A stretch of DNA of 64,000 nt, from positions 31,806,001 to 31,870,000 of the forward strand of contig OZ241834.1 in NCBI GenBank assembly GCA_965202585.1, given 5' to 3'. The notes beneath the pieces were generated by a model that worked only from the letters and a program-made list of their open reading frames with translations, had not been told where the DNA came from and did not search any database. The stretch is from Thalia democratica. Lineage: Eukaryota. Of this stretch, positions 1 through 13,450 are shown one piece after another (position 1 is the stretch's first letter; each line of letters starts with the position of its first letter). The position numbers and the translations under genes are program-made.

Positions 1-3000
1 GGCCTCTTGCAGCTTTTAGCCCCCTAAATTTCTGAAATGGCCCCTAAAGGAGCCATATGGCCCATTTTGGGAAACCCTACTCTATAATAAGAGGAAGGTT
101 AATGATGAAAAAAGAAGGTCCAAGAGGTTATAAGATTTAAGCAGAAACAGCGTAGAAATCAATATTTACCACAAGTTTTGTATAACAATGTTTTTATCTG
201 TAAACTGTATTCAGAGTAGTCAAAATTCAGTAGTGCTACTTTAATGTATTATGAAATAAAAAAAAGTTCTTTATTCTTCTAAACTTTTTTAGTATATAAT
301 ATTTATTTCTTATGTAATCTAAATTTGTTTGTGTAAAAATTATTCAAAATTCCATTTCTTTTCAGGATCATTAAGTATGAAATTTAAGTTTTTCCAGTTT
401 ATTTTTGCCGATTTTTTAAAATTAGAGGTTGTTTCAGATATTTTCCAATTAATTGGGTACCCTGTTTTTACTTAAGTGGACTGTTTTTAGCTACCTATTT
501 AACCAAGATAAAATTAAGTGTGTTAAAACTTTTGTTGTAATTTAAATGTGCATTTGCTTTTTGTTAGGTTTTGCCTTTTAAAAGTAGCAAATAAAATTAA
601 GTTTAAATTTTAAAGTTGTTCTATATTTAAGTTTTAATCTGAATGACTTTCAAAACTTGAAGCCATTTAACTTGATACTGACACAAATGATTTCAGTTTG
701 AGTGAGTTAATTTTTTGGTATTTTATCTTTTTTGAATATAAAATCTTTGAAAGGTGTACAAGTATTAGCCTAGCTAGGGGGGCCCACCTTGATTTTTACA
801 AGTTGATCTTATTTTATAGAGTTTTATCTGAGCTATCAAACATTTTAAACTGCTTGATAAAATTCAAAGTAATTTTACAGATACGAGCAATCAAAGTTGT
901 TGACCTCAATTGGTTCCTAATAGAAGGTGCAAACTAAAAACGCAAAAAAAAAACTATTTTACAAAAAACCTATCTCTTCCTTCATTTTTTAAGCAATCTT
1001 CTTCAAATTTTTATAGAAAGTGTATTATTAAATTTAAAAAAAAGTTAAATACAGGATTTTTCTATTTTGAAAATAAAATTTTCATTTAAAGAAAAACCAC
1101 TAATTATTATTTTTTTAACCTAAAATTTTTATTTTAAATAATTTTTTAACTTCAACATTCAAAGTCTTTTAAATAATAAAAGGAACGATTCCAGGAAATT
1201 TGAGGTCTCCAGCTCAAAAACTGAATGAGAAGATAGATTTTTAGTGATTTTTTTAATTTCTGAGAAAATTGACCCCAATAAATTTGTGGTTTATAAGTTT
1301 GTATTGGAAACTTTTTATAAAGATTAAAATATCTCAAAAGTTAAATAAGAGTTTTTAATTCTATAAAACTGGCTTGTAGTTTGTACTTTAGGCTTTCATA
1401 TAAGATCTAATGTTTTTTTTAGTAAAAAAAATGTCAGACCCTCCCCTATGACCATACAGTGTTGCCACTTTTTGAATCAAAAAAGTAAGCCTGAGTGACT
1501 AAAAACTAGCCTGATTTACCCTGAATGTGAAAGAAAGTTCAAAAATAGACTATTGATAACCAAAAACTAAACAACACTTTTAATCAGATTTTAATAGTTA
1601 TAAATAATATAAAAAAAAGGAATTAAGGGCATAGGGGAGTTAAACACTTTTTTTCACAATTTGAACTTATTTTATATAGTTTTTACCAAGCTACAAGATG
1701 CTGAAACAGATTTTTAAATTCAAAATAATTTTTGATATAAAGCAGGTCAAAGTCGGAGGCAACAGTAGGTTCCTTGTGGGAGGCGCAAATTAAAATGGCA
1801 AATAAAAAAAAAAGACCAAGAATTAATTTACTCTAAAAGTTAAAAAAATTTTCAACTGGTTGTTTCATTTCCACACATAATCTGATGGTTAATTTTGGTC
1901 ACAAAATTCAAAATGTTACTATTTTCTAGTTGTACTAATGACTTTAAAAAAAACATCAGTCTCAAACTCTACTGTTTGCAATGATAAAAACTTGTTTTTT
2001 TTTAGTTTTACTATTGTTAGATATTTCCTTAAGCATTTTAGCTTCAGAAATTCCCGAGCTTTATGATTTTTCTTATGTGGAAATTACCAACTGCAAATGT
2101 TTGCAAAATGACCAACAAAAATAGGACTCTCTTTAGTTAAATAATGTTTAAATTGGTTAACAAAAAGTTAATTATTAAAGAAAGAAAATTGTGAACGCTC
2201 ACAACTATTGTCAATGGATTGGTGTGGAGAAAAACCTTTTGGTTATGAAGCCTCACACCATACATTAAAAAAAAAATTTTGAGCAGTTCTAACTAAAACA
2301 ATAAAAAAAAAAGTTAAGATCAATGAAAAATCAATATTATTATGAATAAATATTATTTTATTTAAGTATTGTAGTTTTTTAAGAAAAAATTGGTGTGTGC
2401 TCTTTTTTATACCGAGATTAAAATGCAGATTAGTTACTTACAACACAACTTACATTTTTAGTTTTAAAGAGTACTTTTAATTTTTTATAAAAATAAAAGG
2501 AAAATTTTTAAGGACTGGTTTTAAAATGCAAGGGTTGATTTAGGGGTAAAAAACTCAGTATTTGTTTTGATATTTTTTTTTATCATAGGTATTTTACACA
2601 ATCAAAAAACTCTAATATTCCATCATAATGTGTCCACCCTTTAAAAATATAGATAATTGTTTGTTAATATTTCACAAAATAGTTATTATTTGTTTTTTAT
2701 GTCTTTGAACTTATATATTTTTCCAAACTTATTGCCTTTCTCTTTTCATTTTGGTGTAGCTGTTAGCATTTTATTTGAAAAACTGGTTTTCTTCGGTTGG
2801 TTAATCACAAGCTCGTAATTCAGCACTTAATTAAAATCTAAAAGAAAAGGAAATAGTTGAAACAAAAACATGTATATAATATACTGTCTACTAAACGAGA
2901 AAAAAAACACTTAAAATAGTTGGTTCAAGGATTTAGTGTACAAAAATCTTTCGGGTATCGAGTTACACACCACTTGGATACTTTTTAACGTCTTGTCCAG

Positions 3001-4069
3001 GATAAGACGTTAGATAAGTATAGAGAAATCTATTGTGTTTACAAGTAAAACAGTTTATAATGTTTTTTCATAGAAAAATAAACTGTGATAATCTTTCTTT
3101 TTTTGAAAATAGTTTCAAAAATTAGTGTTCTTATAGTTTATATTACTAGTAACAGTTTGAAAATGTTCTAACTACTTTAATTAGAATGTTTTTTGAATGA
3201 ACTAAATTATTAAACCTTTTAGTTGAAAGTAAAAGAATAAATAGGTTTTATAAAATTACAGTAAATACAACTTCTTCAAATTTACAATGCGAAAAAGCGG
3301 TTTCAAAAAAATAAACTTGTACATCTTTTGTTTATACTCGGTAAAAAAAAATAAAAGAAGTCTAATCTACTACAGTGCACAACTTAGAATAACAAATATA
3401 TTTAAAACAAGTTTGTTCATTTTCGCTTAAAATTTTCACTTAAAATAATCGCGCTAAATAAAATATTATAAATTAAAATATTAACAATGAGTTTTAAATC
3501 TTTTAATTTTCTAGTGTATTTTAAAAATATACTCAATGATTAAAAAAAAAAACGTAAATTTTGTTTAGTTTCAAAAATTTATTTTTAAAACTTACATGCA
3601 GAGACTTCCATTAAAAAATATTTACTTTTATTTTTGATAAATATCATGAGTAAAGTTACAAATTTTATTAAAATAAACTTTATATGTTTTTATACTCTAA
3701 ATTAAGGATTTCCTGAGTGGAAAATATTTCTTCCAAGGTGATTTTAGCGATCAGGGTTCAAGAAGTAACAAAAAGTAAGAGATAAAAAGTCTAAAAGATT
3801 AGATAACTGTTAAAAGGGCGATATTTAGTAAAAGGGAGCATTTGTGAAAATTATTTTAGAAACTCTGCTCTAAATATACCCTTTAACCATTAATTTACGT
3901 TACAAGCAAGCAAACTGAGATATTGAAACATTTGTTAAAAGTTGCAAATGAACCTTAAGTTTGAGCGTAAAATCTAGTAGGTAATATTAGGTGAACATTT
4001 GATACCATGGTAAATTTTTCTTGTATTTCTAAAGTTTGGTTGTTTTGCGTTAAACTAGGTTAACAAAAA

Positions 4070-4590
4070 CATTGGCGAAAGTCTACATAGCCTAAGCCTG
4101 GACTTTCGTATGCCGTGAGACAAGCTCAAGTTAACATAGGATTTACTCATTAAAATTATATTATCAGACCACAAGCCTTCGGTTAACTGAGAGCAGTTTT
4201 GTCCTTTTTAGTACTAATTAGTCAGCCACAACCAAAAACTTTCAGAAATCCAACTACAAACGGCTTTTAATAATAAAGCATGAAACAACCGTTTGCTAGT
4301 ATTTATCAGTACGTCAGGCAAGACAGCTGGTACGCTCGCGTTGAATATGATCAACGAAAACATCGGCGAAAGCCTACAGAGCCGAAGCCTGGACTTCAAA
4401 AGCCGTGAGAGAAGCTCAAGTTAACATAAGGTTTGATCATACTAATTCAATCATTGGAACACAAGCCTTCGATACACTGAGACAAGTTTCGTCCTTAATA
4501 GTACTCATCAGTCATGATAAGGACGAAACAGGCCTCAGTCAACCGAAGGATGTGGTCTGATGATCGAACTTGCATGATCAAACCCTAAAA
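4070..4590 (-). mobile_element. Retrozyme/PLE-like array: two ~290-nt tandem units with hammerhead motifs plus an inverted truncated third copy
   Basis: Units start at 4070 and 4361; HHR at 4476-4516 (CTGATGA GTAC tattaa GGAC GAAA CTTG TC tcagt); decayed HHR at 4185-4227; inverted copy 4512-4590. Confidence 0.6.
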
Positions 4591-5735
4591 TTAGGTAAGG
4601 TAGCTTTTTTTTGTCATTGAATCTTTTGCCTGGTTAATTCGGCTCTCTTCTCATAATGGCTCACATTGGCGGACCAAAACCGCGCTAACCTTATATACTT
4701 TATAAGGACTTTTATTTTGTTTTTTAATTAAATACTAATATTTCTAAATCAAAAAATACTTCTATGTAGCTTAAGATTATACCAGAAAGTTTTTTCAAAC
4801 CAAATAAAAAAATCCTGTTTAAGTAAAGTTTATCAGACATAATTTAGCAGCTTTCTAAAATTTTATTCAATTCATGCGTTTTGTGTCAAAACTAAGTCTA
4901 TTTTCAACTTGAAAACTTAAGCAAGTCAAACTCATACTTGAATTATTTTTCATGTAAGTAGCAAGTGTTTGTACATGTTTAGTAGATACTTTTTATTTTG
5001 ATAATAAAAAGAACGGATCCTACTTAAACTACTCAAGTAAATTACATAAGTTCTATAGGGTAATTTCCAATAATACTTAAATTTTCAAAATATGTTATAA
5101 AAAAAATACTTTTGTAAATTTGTACAGAATGCTTTTTTAAAGTTTAGTTCTATCTTATCTAAGGATTCAAAAATACATATACTAAACATTGTGCTTAAAG
5201 TATTTTAGTTTGACATTTTTATAAATAATTTTTTTTCATATTTTTGACAAAAGTCAACCGTGAATATTTTACTCCTCCCCTTAAAAATCATAAGCCTCTC
5301 GCAATCACGCCCTAAAAAGAAACAAGCAAAAGCAAAACTTGAAATATTTTAACTAATTGTTTACAGTAATAATATTTAGTTGTACTAGTAGACAGGTTTC
5401 CTCAACTTGATTTTAAATATATTTTAGGAAAAGTTTAATAATTTTGCAAACTTACTTTTGTTAGTTTCTGCTAGTCTCTTTCCTGCTCACGCTTACCAAA
5501 AATCAAAAACCTAATAACATAAAAATAATTACTTTTAAAAGAAAAACATTTAAATGACTGTTTGCGCTTTGTTTAAACCAATTTCAGTATTTAGTTATAT
5601 TGGTAGTTTTTTGTTGATGAAGTAATATTTGGCAAATGTTTTCAAGCAATCACATCTAAAAAGTGTAAGGTGTCAGTTGTCGTAAGAATAGAAGCTAATC
5701 CTTTAAATTGAGACACGATAAGACTTTTTTGTAAG

Positions 5736-5943
5736 GCGTCACTTTTGCACGGCGTCACTTTTGCGTATTCATCCTGACCCTGACCCTAACCATGAACCCT
5801 ACCATAACTCTAACCATAACCCTGAACCTAACTGTATCTCTAACCTTATCCCTAACCCAACTCCGATACTGACTCGAAACCTAACTCTAACTCTGACCCT
5901 AATCCTACCTCGTACAAAAAAGACACAAATGCAAAAGAAACGC
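5736..5943. repeat. Element with degenerate (CCCTAA)n-like internal array
   Basis: ccctgaccctaaccatgaaccctaccataactctaacc... flanked by gcgtcacttttgca / tgcaaaagaaacgc. Confidence 0.55.
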
Positions 5944-8214
5944 TATGAAAAGCTCAATTTACCAATAAACTTGAAACAAAAGTTAGTTGTTAAACTACAA
6001 ATTAAGGTTATAAACTTAAATACATAAAACACCATGTTGTAAGCTTTAATTGTAGATTTTTTGAATAAACTGGACTTAAAATGACCAGACAAATGTAAAC
6101 TTGTTAACATTCGTGACTTTTGATGTTTAAATTAACAAACAAAAAGTTAATTTCCTGGTGAGTTATGAAAGAAAATACTAAAAACAGTTTGTTCACAATT
6201 AAGTTGCTAAATTATATTGAATTTTTTAATACCTAATGGTAAATTAAATTGCAGGTAGATAGGTTTTGTGTTTATTTTGCGTTAAATGCTGTACATCATA
6301 ATTACTTTATATATTATTATATTTTATTGGACAAAAAAACGCTCAAAATATTTGGTTCTTGGACCTAGTGCACGAAAAAACCTTTTGATTATCGAGTCGC
6401 ACACCAAGGATACCTTTAACGTCATGTCCGGGACATATAATTAATAAACAGTGATTAGTTTGTATGTACAATTAGTAATTTTTATTGTTGAGATTTTAAG
6501 CCATGTATTTAGTTATTTAGCCTTTTGTAAAAGTTTAATTAAGTTTGTGTTTAGTTTAATTTTTAAGCTACTATTTTTCAAAAAAGTTTTACTTATTTTT
6601 GGTGTTTACATCTTTTTTTGATTAACTTAGCTAGTGCAAAAAAGTCTAGTTTAACTACAAGCAAGGTAGTACTTATAAATTTGCTCAAATTTATAAGTAT
6701 AGTTTTATTAAAATTAAAATTTTATAAATACAAACAAATATAAAAAGAATTAAATTTATTCTAGTACTTTAAATAAAACATTACCACCACAAATGTTGTA
6801 TTTTATATCTATCAAACTCACTCATTTCCACATAACCTGTTTTATTTGATAAAACGCAACTGATTGAAATTTAAAAAAAAGTACTGAAGTACAGTAAAAC
6901 TTTATAATTTAAAATAACTTGTTTATGTAAGCACTTTAAAGTTATTTTATACAGGTTATTACAACGTTCAACAAAAAAAAACTTGCTTACTATAAATAGT
7001 ACTACTACTATTAAAGGCTATATTATTTAAAATACAACTTGATTTATATCTGATATCTTTCAAAAAACTAATAAGTTCCTAACATACTAACTTTACAAAT
7101 TATAGAAAAGTCTGTTATCATTTTTTTAACTACCTTTTAAAACCTTATAAAGCTAAACATTTTTTAATGAAACTTATAAGTATTTTTAAATTAATGATTT
7201 CTTTTTTAACTTTTCAGAAGTTTGTAAAAAGTTGTTAATGTTGCTAGAATTTTATAACACCTTAATTGGTTATGGATCTTATAAAGTTTTATAGTTTTGT
7301 ACAACAAATATATTTAGCTGATCAGCTCGTTAAAAAAAGAATTTGACAAAATTTTAATTATGAAAAACGCCAATAATTTTCAAAGCTGAATCAAGTTCTA
7401 ATATATTCATTTTACAAATGTTGGCATAAACAAAAAATTACTTCGTTAGAAGTGTACTTTTACAGAACAAATTTTTATTATATTTGGTCAAGGTTATTTA
7501 CTGTTTTAAGCTAGTAACTAATAGTTATAAGAAAGTCTTCATTTGTTAAAACCTTTTTATTCTAAAAAATACTTATGAAATAATAGTTATTGTATTCCAA
7601 AAAAAAAAGCATTAAACTTTTACGAAGTCCATTAGTTCATAATTGAATAATGTTTGATTACTACTCTAACAAAAGTTTATAAAAACGCTACAATGTTGTA
7701 AACGTAGAAAAACTATTACTCTCTGTTTATAAGTTTTATCTAAATGAAGTAACTTTGTAGAAATTTTAACCTAACTTAGTAAAAGTTTTGATTTGTTTTG
7801 TGAAAGCAAAATTAGGGTAGTTTTAAAAACCTGCAAGTCTGCAAGTGCTGAGTCAGCTAAACTAAAAAAAAGTTTTAAATATATAATAAATCATTTTCTA
7901 ACCTTTACCCTTATCCCTAACTCACCCTACCCAAAAGTATAACAAATAAATCATAAGATAACTTTTAATAATTAAAATTTAAAAAGCATGAAAAAGTATC
8001 CTAAAACTTTCGCTGATTCCCCAAACATGCAAATGATTCGCAGGTTGTTCAAGATGCGCCAAAAGTTATGTGATTTACTGGGATTTATGTGCCTTTAGTT
8101 CAATTAATTTAGACAAATCGTTACATAGATGCTTTTTAAGTTAGCAGGTGTTTAAGTACAATAGAATATCAAACAGCAAACTATTCTTGTATTACCAAGA
8201 TACAAGCAATATTG

Positions 8215-8456
8215 GGGACACGTTCAAAATCCACCTGCGATCAAAATTCCCCCGCGTTCAAAATCCGCCGCGATCAAAGTTAACCCAGTCAAATTCGAGA
8301 ACCGCTTACCGATTGAGAGTAAGGGTACAGTAGTAGCAAAAAATAAACAAAAATTTTAGAAAATGCAAAAAAGTATAAAATGAATAAGTAAATAAAGAAA
8401 ATATAAAAAAGATCGGATGGATTTAGAACGCGGGTGGATTTTGATAGTATACCCGA
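8215..8456. mobile_element. Non-autonomous element with TCAAAATCCACC/GGTGGATTTTGA inverted motifs
   Basis: Shares ttcgagaaccgcttaccgat and the ggtggattttga..gatagtatacc end with 58084-58276. Confidence 0.6.
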
Positions 8457-8640
8457 TATTGAGATAAATATCAGTAAATTTTGAACTGACTACTTTTTAT
8501 ACATTTAGTAGTGAAAAAATTGTTTTTATAACATTTTAGTTTACTTTACTCTCTGCAACAAATTCAATAGGCTAAAATTTCAAAATTGCGTTAATTAAAT
8601 AGAGTTTTACTGATTTATCTTTATGCAATTAATTTTGACA

Positions 8641-10226
8641 GCTCAGGCAGAAACAACAAAAGTTAATTGTGATCTCAGAAGCGAAGTGGATCGGTTAGAA
8701 AATGGCGGGAAATGATAAGGTCATGCGCATACCCCCTTAAATGACAAGGACAAAAAGTATCTGGAAGTAAGTTGAGTTTTCAATGTTTATAATAAACTTA
8801 AATATAGCATTTCTTGATATTTCTTGTATTTTTTTTATTGTTTTATTTACTAAAAATAAAAGTTACAAATTATAAGTTTTACTTTAAACGACAAGTTTTT
8901 TTGATACCCTGGATAAAACTTGATATTGTTTTTGTGGTTGAAAAAAACTAGTAGAGCTAATTATTAAACTTAAATCAAATATATCAGGACTACCATGTTT
9001 TTAAAAGCTTTTGAATTGAAAACTTTGAATGAAATTCTTTAAGCTTAGTGAAAGTATCACACTATCTAATAAGTATAAATATAAATCGACAAAAATTTAA
9101 AACAATTTTTTTTTTTTTATAACACACTTTAGTTTGTTATTGTTTTCTTATCGTTTATTACTCAAATACTTCTTTATTCAGGTTTTTAGGCTATTAAATT
9201 TTGTATTTGAGCTGTTAAAACAGTGTTGTGCAACGTGGTATGTAAATTTTTACTTGTCTTTTTTTTTTACCTTTTGTTTTTTAACCATGCAGTACATACT
9301 TTAATGCGTTCTTGTTATTTCTACAGTTTGCGACGTGCAAAAGTTAAACTTTTTTTTCATAGTATACCTCAATAAACCGCGAATGACTTGCGTTGTTACA
9401 AGTTAAAAGTTTTTTGTTTTATTTACACGAACTTATAATCGATCTATTCACCAGAAGTATTTATAATTAAAATAATTATAAAACTTATGTATATGTAGAC
9501 TTAATGCAGGGGTATGTTGTATTTTTAAACCGTACACTAGGTTGGTGGTTATCAAAGTGTGTACGAAATTTGTTTTGGGGTGCATAAAAAGTTTTTCTCA
9601 ATTTCTAAAACTCACACTTGATACTCTTCAGTTCTTGATGAGGAGCAAAAAAAATGAATCGAGTGTTTTTAACGCTAATTTTGAAACTTACGCTAAATAA
9701 TTTGGAGTTCTTGATGTAAAGCTTGAAAAAAAATTTTCGAGTTTTTTTACTGCTAATTTCAAAACTTACACTCTAAACGTGATAAAAAGCACACTGGGTT
9801 GCACAAATTTTTTGTTTTGCGATTTGGTGTGCACAGATTTTGATTAGCTTGGTAACCACTGCGCTAGATATTCCGTGGCTTAAATTAAAGAGTGAAAAAA
9901 ATGTCCGAAATATTATTAAAGGGTGATTTACAATTTACATTAGATATTTTGAGGTCTGTTATGAAGATTAAAAATGGTTAGGTTGTTAATAGAATAATAA
10001 ATGCGGCCCGCGTACACTTTTATTTTGATAAACAGAGCCGTCTCCACACCAGTAATTTAAGAAACAGAATAGTAGCACTAAACAGTAAAATCCAAAACAA
10101 AAACAACAATACTTGTACAACAAAAAAATTATATTTCTACAAAACAGTATCATGCCTGAAATCAAACCTAATCTGTAAAAGCCACTGGCCAAGCTGGAAA
10201 AAGAACAAAGCTTTACATTGGATCAA
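8641..10226 (+). pseudogene. Possible degenerate multi-exon gene or spliced non-coding transcript
   Basis: Exon-like blocks with splice signals (8641-8766 gacag/gtaagt; 9182-9237 ttcag/gtatgt; 9327- tacag), but a frameshift and stops and no recognisable protein. Confidence 0.2.
9544..9861. mobile_element. hAT/Charlie-like MITE
   Basis: GTGGTTATCAA ... TTGGTAACCACTG termini; internal ~75-bp tandem duplication (gttcttgatg...gaaacttac). Confidence 0.5.
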
Positions 10227-11174
10227 CAGGAAGTTAACTTGAATAAATTTCAACGATTATATTTTAAAAATTGCTTAGTTTATATAAGTAAAGCCTTATT
10301 TTAAAATATAAAACTTGCAGCGCTTAAGTTTTTACGCCGAAAACAACATTTTTCTTGCATAAAGTTGTATAAGAGTCACTGATATTACTACCGCTAGTTT
10401 ATACAATTTTTGTTTAGTCTGTTTTTAAAAATCACGCACACATAAAACTAAACGATATAATATGCAGATAGATGTCTGTAGCTTGTATCTTTTTAAAAAA
10501 AGACAGAACTAAACTGATACGGGATAAAAACTATTCTTTGAATTATTGGTAAACTAAAATGGCATCAAAAAATAATTTATCTGTGTAAAACAGAAATCAA
10601 AACTAAGATGATACTGAAAATAATTATTTTACACTAACAAGGCTAAAACTCTTGCAGTTTTATTTAACTACTTTTTAGTAAACGCATTTACCTTAAAGTT
10701 TAATTTTTATCAGTTTTACTTGCGGCAGTAATAGTCTTATTAATTTAATTTGGAGAGTTTTACTCTAAAATTAAACAAATTTAAGCAAAGTATGTCTCTA
10801 TAAAAATTTAATATTATATACAATCGGATTAAACAACTTGTTTTAACTTATAACAATTCAACTTACCATTACAGCGAGTCAAAACAGACTGGTACTTTCT
10901 GACTTTAAAACTGTTGTAGAAAACAAAGAAAAGTGTGATTGTAAGCTAAAAACACTACTGTTTAAATAGTTTATAATAATATCTTAAATAACCTATGAAA
11001 AAAAGTTTGCATTATCTCAAATTATTCTTTATTTTTATCTAACTAGCTTTCTTCCTAGAGTTTTAATGTCTTACATTAAAATTAAAAGTTTGAATTTTTA
11101 TTTGATTTCTAACAAACTTGACAAAGCTTTGTTTCTGATTTGGAACAAAATAAGTGGAATAGTTATATTAATTG

Positions 11175-11258
11175 TTGAACGATAAAAAAAGCGCTAAAAA
11201 GTTTGGTCTAAGGACCTGGTGTACAAAGGAACCTTTCGGTTGTCGAGTCGTACACCAC
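11175..11258 (+). repeat. Interspersed hairpin-rich repeat (other copies ~2892-3010, 6329-6437, 12131-12216 rc, 22585-22663 rc, partial 2215-2262)
   Basis: Consensus ttgaacgacaaaaaagcgctcaaaaa..ggtcctaaggacctggtgtacgaaagaaacctttcggttatcgagtcgtacacca seen at several loci. Confidence 0.7.
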
Positions 11259-13194
11259 ATGCTTATAAAGTTTCTTACGAAATATTTAATAATATAATAT
11301 AATTTTTTTTATCATTTAAATATTTAAATCTTTAGTAATAAAGCAATCAATTAAACGATATAAAATTAAGCGTGTAAAGACCTGAAGTCAAAAGTTAAGT
11401 TTATTTCAGGTAACACAGAAGTAAACAGAAAATCCAATATTGTTTCTAAGAAAATTATTTAAAAAATAGTGTATGAATAAAGTTTTTCACTAAAAAATAC
11501 TTTATATGTGAACATAAAAGTTAACAAGCAACAGTACATAAATACGCTAAAAAAACTATGTATATTTCATATTAACAATTACTTGTAACAACTATTGCTT
11601 ACAAATACTAAATTCAAAAATTTTAGTAACTTTGATATATATACTTTAACACTTCTTATAAACATGTCTGCTTTCACCTTAACTTTTTACAAGTTTGTTC
11701 GTTTTCACTAGAACATATTTTACTTTACTTTATTAAGAACTGTGTTGTTAATAAAGAGTTTTTAAATTAAGTTTGACTTCGAAAAGTGCTTTCAAAATAA
11801 AAATTAAAAATGAAACAAATAATTGAATATCTGTTTACTGAAGTTTATAAAACTAAACAATTCTTATACATAACTATCAAAAATGATTGAAATCAGTAGC
11901 CATAGTACACATTGTTCAGAAAACTTGCACTTACGTAGTTATGTTACAAAATATAAACTTTGATAGAAAATATTTCGTAACGATTTGAGTTTATTGTGCA
12001 AAAACATAAACTTTATCTTTTAAGAAGTATTTTATTTGTTTTAATTTAGTATAAACCAGCACTTTTATCTGTTTATTGTTTCAATGAATACTTTAAAAAG
12101 TTTATGTTCTGGACAAAACATTAAACTTCCGTGGTGAGCGACTCCAAAACCAAATGTTTTTCTTTTCGTACACCAGGTCCTTAGGACAAAATTTTTGAGC
12201 GCTTTTTTGTCGTTTAATAAAAACACAATATTTTTTATGAGTTAAAACACTGTAAGACTCACAACAGATATAGTTTTATATAGTTTATCATAATACCAGG
12301 TTTTACCTAAAGATTTATGAATATAAAATTTGTTATTTTAAATAAAACTATGAATAAAAAAAAGTTATCAATTTTTTTTATATCTTGTTTGTTATGTACT
12401 TGTATTGATTCAAATTCATTTTTTAAAACAAAAAAATTTCAACTGTTTTATACGAGCTATTAAAAGCTTAAAATTTTATATAAAAGAAGCATAAAAAATA
12501 CTTAATTGTAAGGTATTGAAAACAAGTCACCTTATCTCAGTTCATTTTTAATTAGAAAATTGTCTTGTCTTCATTTATTTTTAGTCGACTAAAATTATTA
12601 TGTAGTTTTATTCTATTTTGGTTGAAAATTTTTTTTTTGCTCATTTAAAATGTACAAAAAAACTACTGATGTAGTTTTTAATAAAATAACTCTTTCGTAA
12701 TGGAATGTGTTAAATTATTTAATAAAAAAAAACATCCCGACTTCGTCAACTAAAAGCTATATTTAAAATTTTGTTTTAAACTACAAATATTAATTTATGA
12801 AACTGTGAAGAACGTCATCTTATAAATAGTTTTATGTAACTCAGCCATAATTCTTTAACAAACTTTATTGTCTATTGATCATTTTTTTATCTTTACTTTC
12901 AAATAATTTTATCTTAAAGGTTGAGTATATCAATTTGAATTATACTAATCAAATTTATTTAAACGTTTTTATACAACAATACAGATTCAAATTTGCCGAC
13001 ACTTGTTTTCAAACAGATATCAAAAATATAACTATGAATAATCTTTAAGTATTATTGCTATTACTTACAATAAAATCTTCTTAAAAAATTACTGTCTTTT
13101 ACTGTTTAAAAACTTTAAGGAAATTTAAACAAAACGCTTTAAAAATAAACAGTTATTAATAAGTTTTTTTTTTTAACGCAAACTTTTCTTTCTT

Positions 13195-13450
13195 TAACTC
13201 AGACCGTGGTGGTACAGTTTTGTTTTCCAACCGAAGATTTACAATCGAACACTCGGTGTCGCGAGCGAGCAGCAATTTCGAGCGAGGTTGCATAATGTGC
13301 GCGTTGAAGCGAGACGAAGAAAAAAAGCGTCGCGCTCTCTCGAATTAATTGAAATGTTTTTGTTCAATTTTTTGATATCTTTCCGCCTGTTGCTTTTATG
13401 ACGAAACATTGCGTTGCTTGCAACGTCATTGAAGTTTTCTTGCAAGCAAG
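13195..13450. promoter_or_regulatory. CpG-rich promoter-like island
   Basis: TCGCGA, GCGAGACG and TCGCGC motifs, similar in composition to the 34.4-34.8 kb island; no ORF support. Confidence 0.35.

Noticed and set aside
5761-6027. 88-aa ORF (MRIHPDPDPNHEP...)
   Set aside because: Translation of the CCCTAA-like repeat
10148-10226. Stop-codon reassignment suggested by an in-frame TAA in an exon-like block
   Set aside because: The 2071-codon CBP model has no internal TAA/TAG; pseudogenisation or chance is simpler
11175-11258. Hairpin repeat as a hammerhead or tRNA gene
   Set aside because: CTAAGGA..GAAA lacks stem I pairing; no cloverleaf or proper A/B boxes
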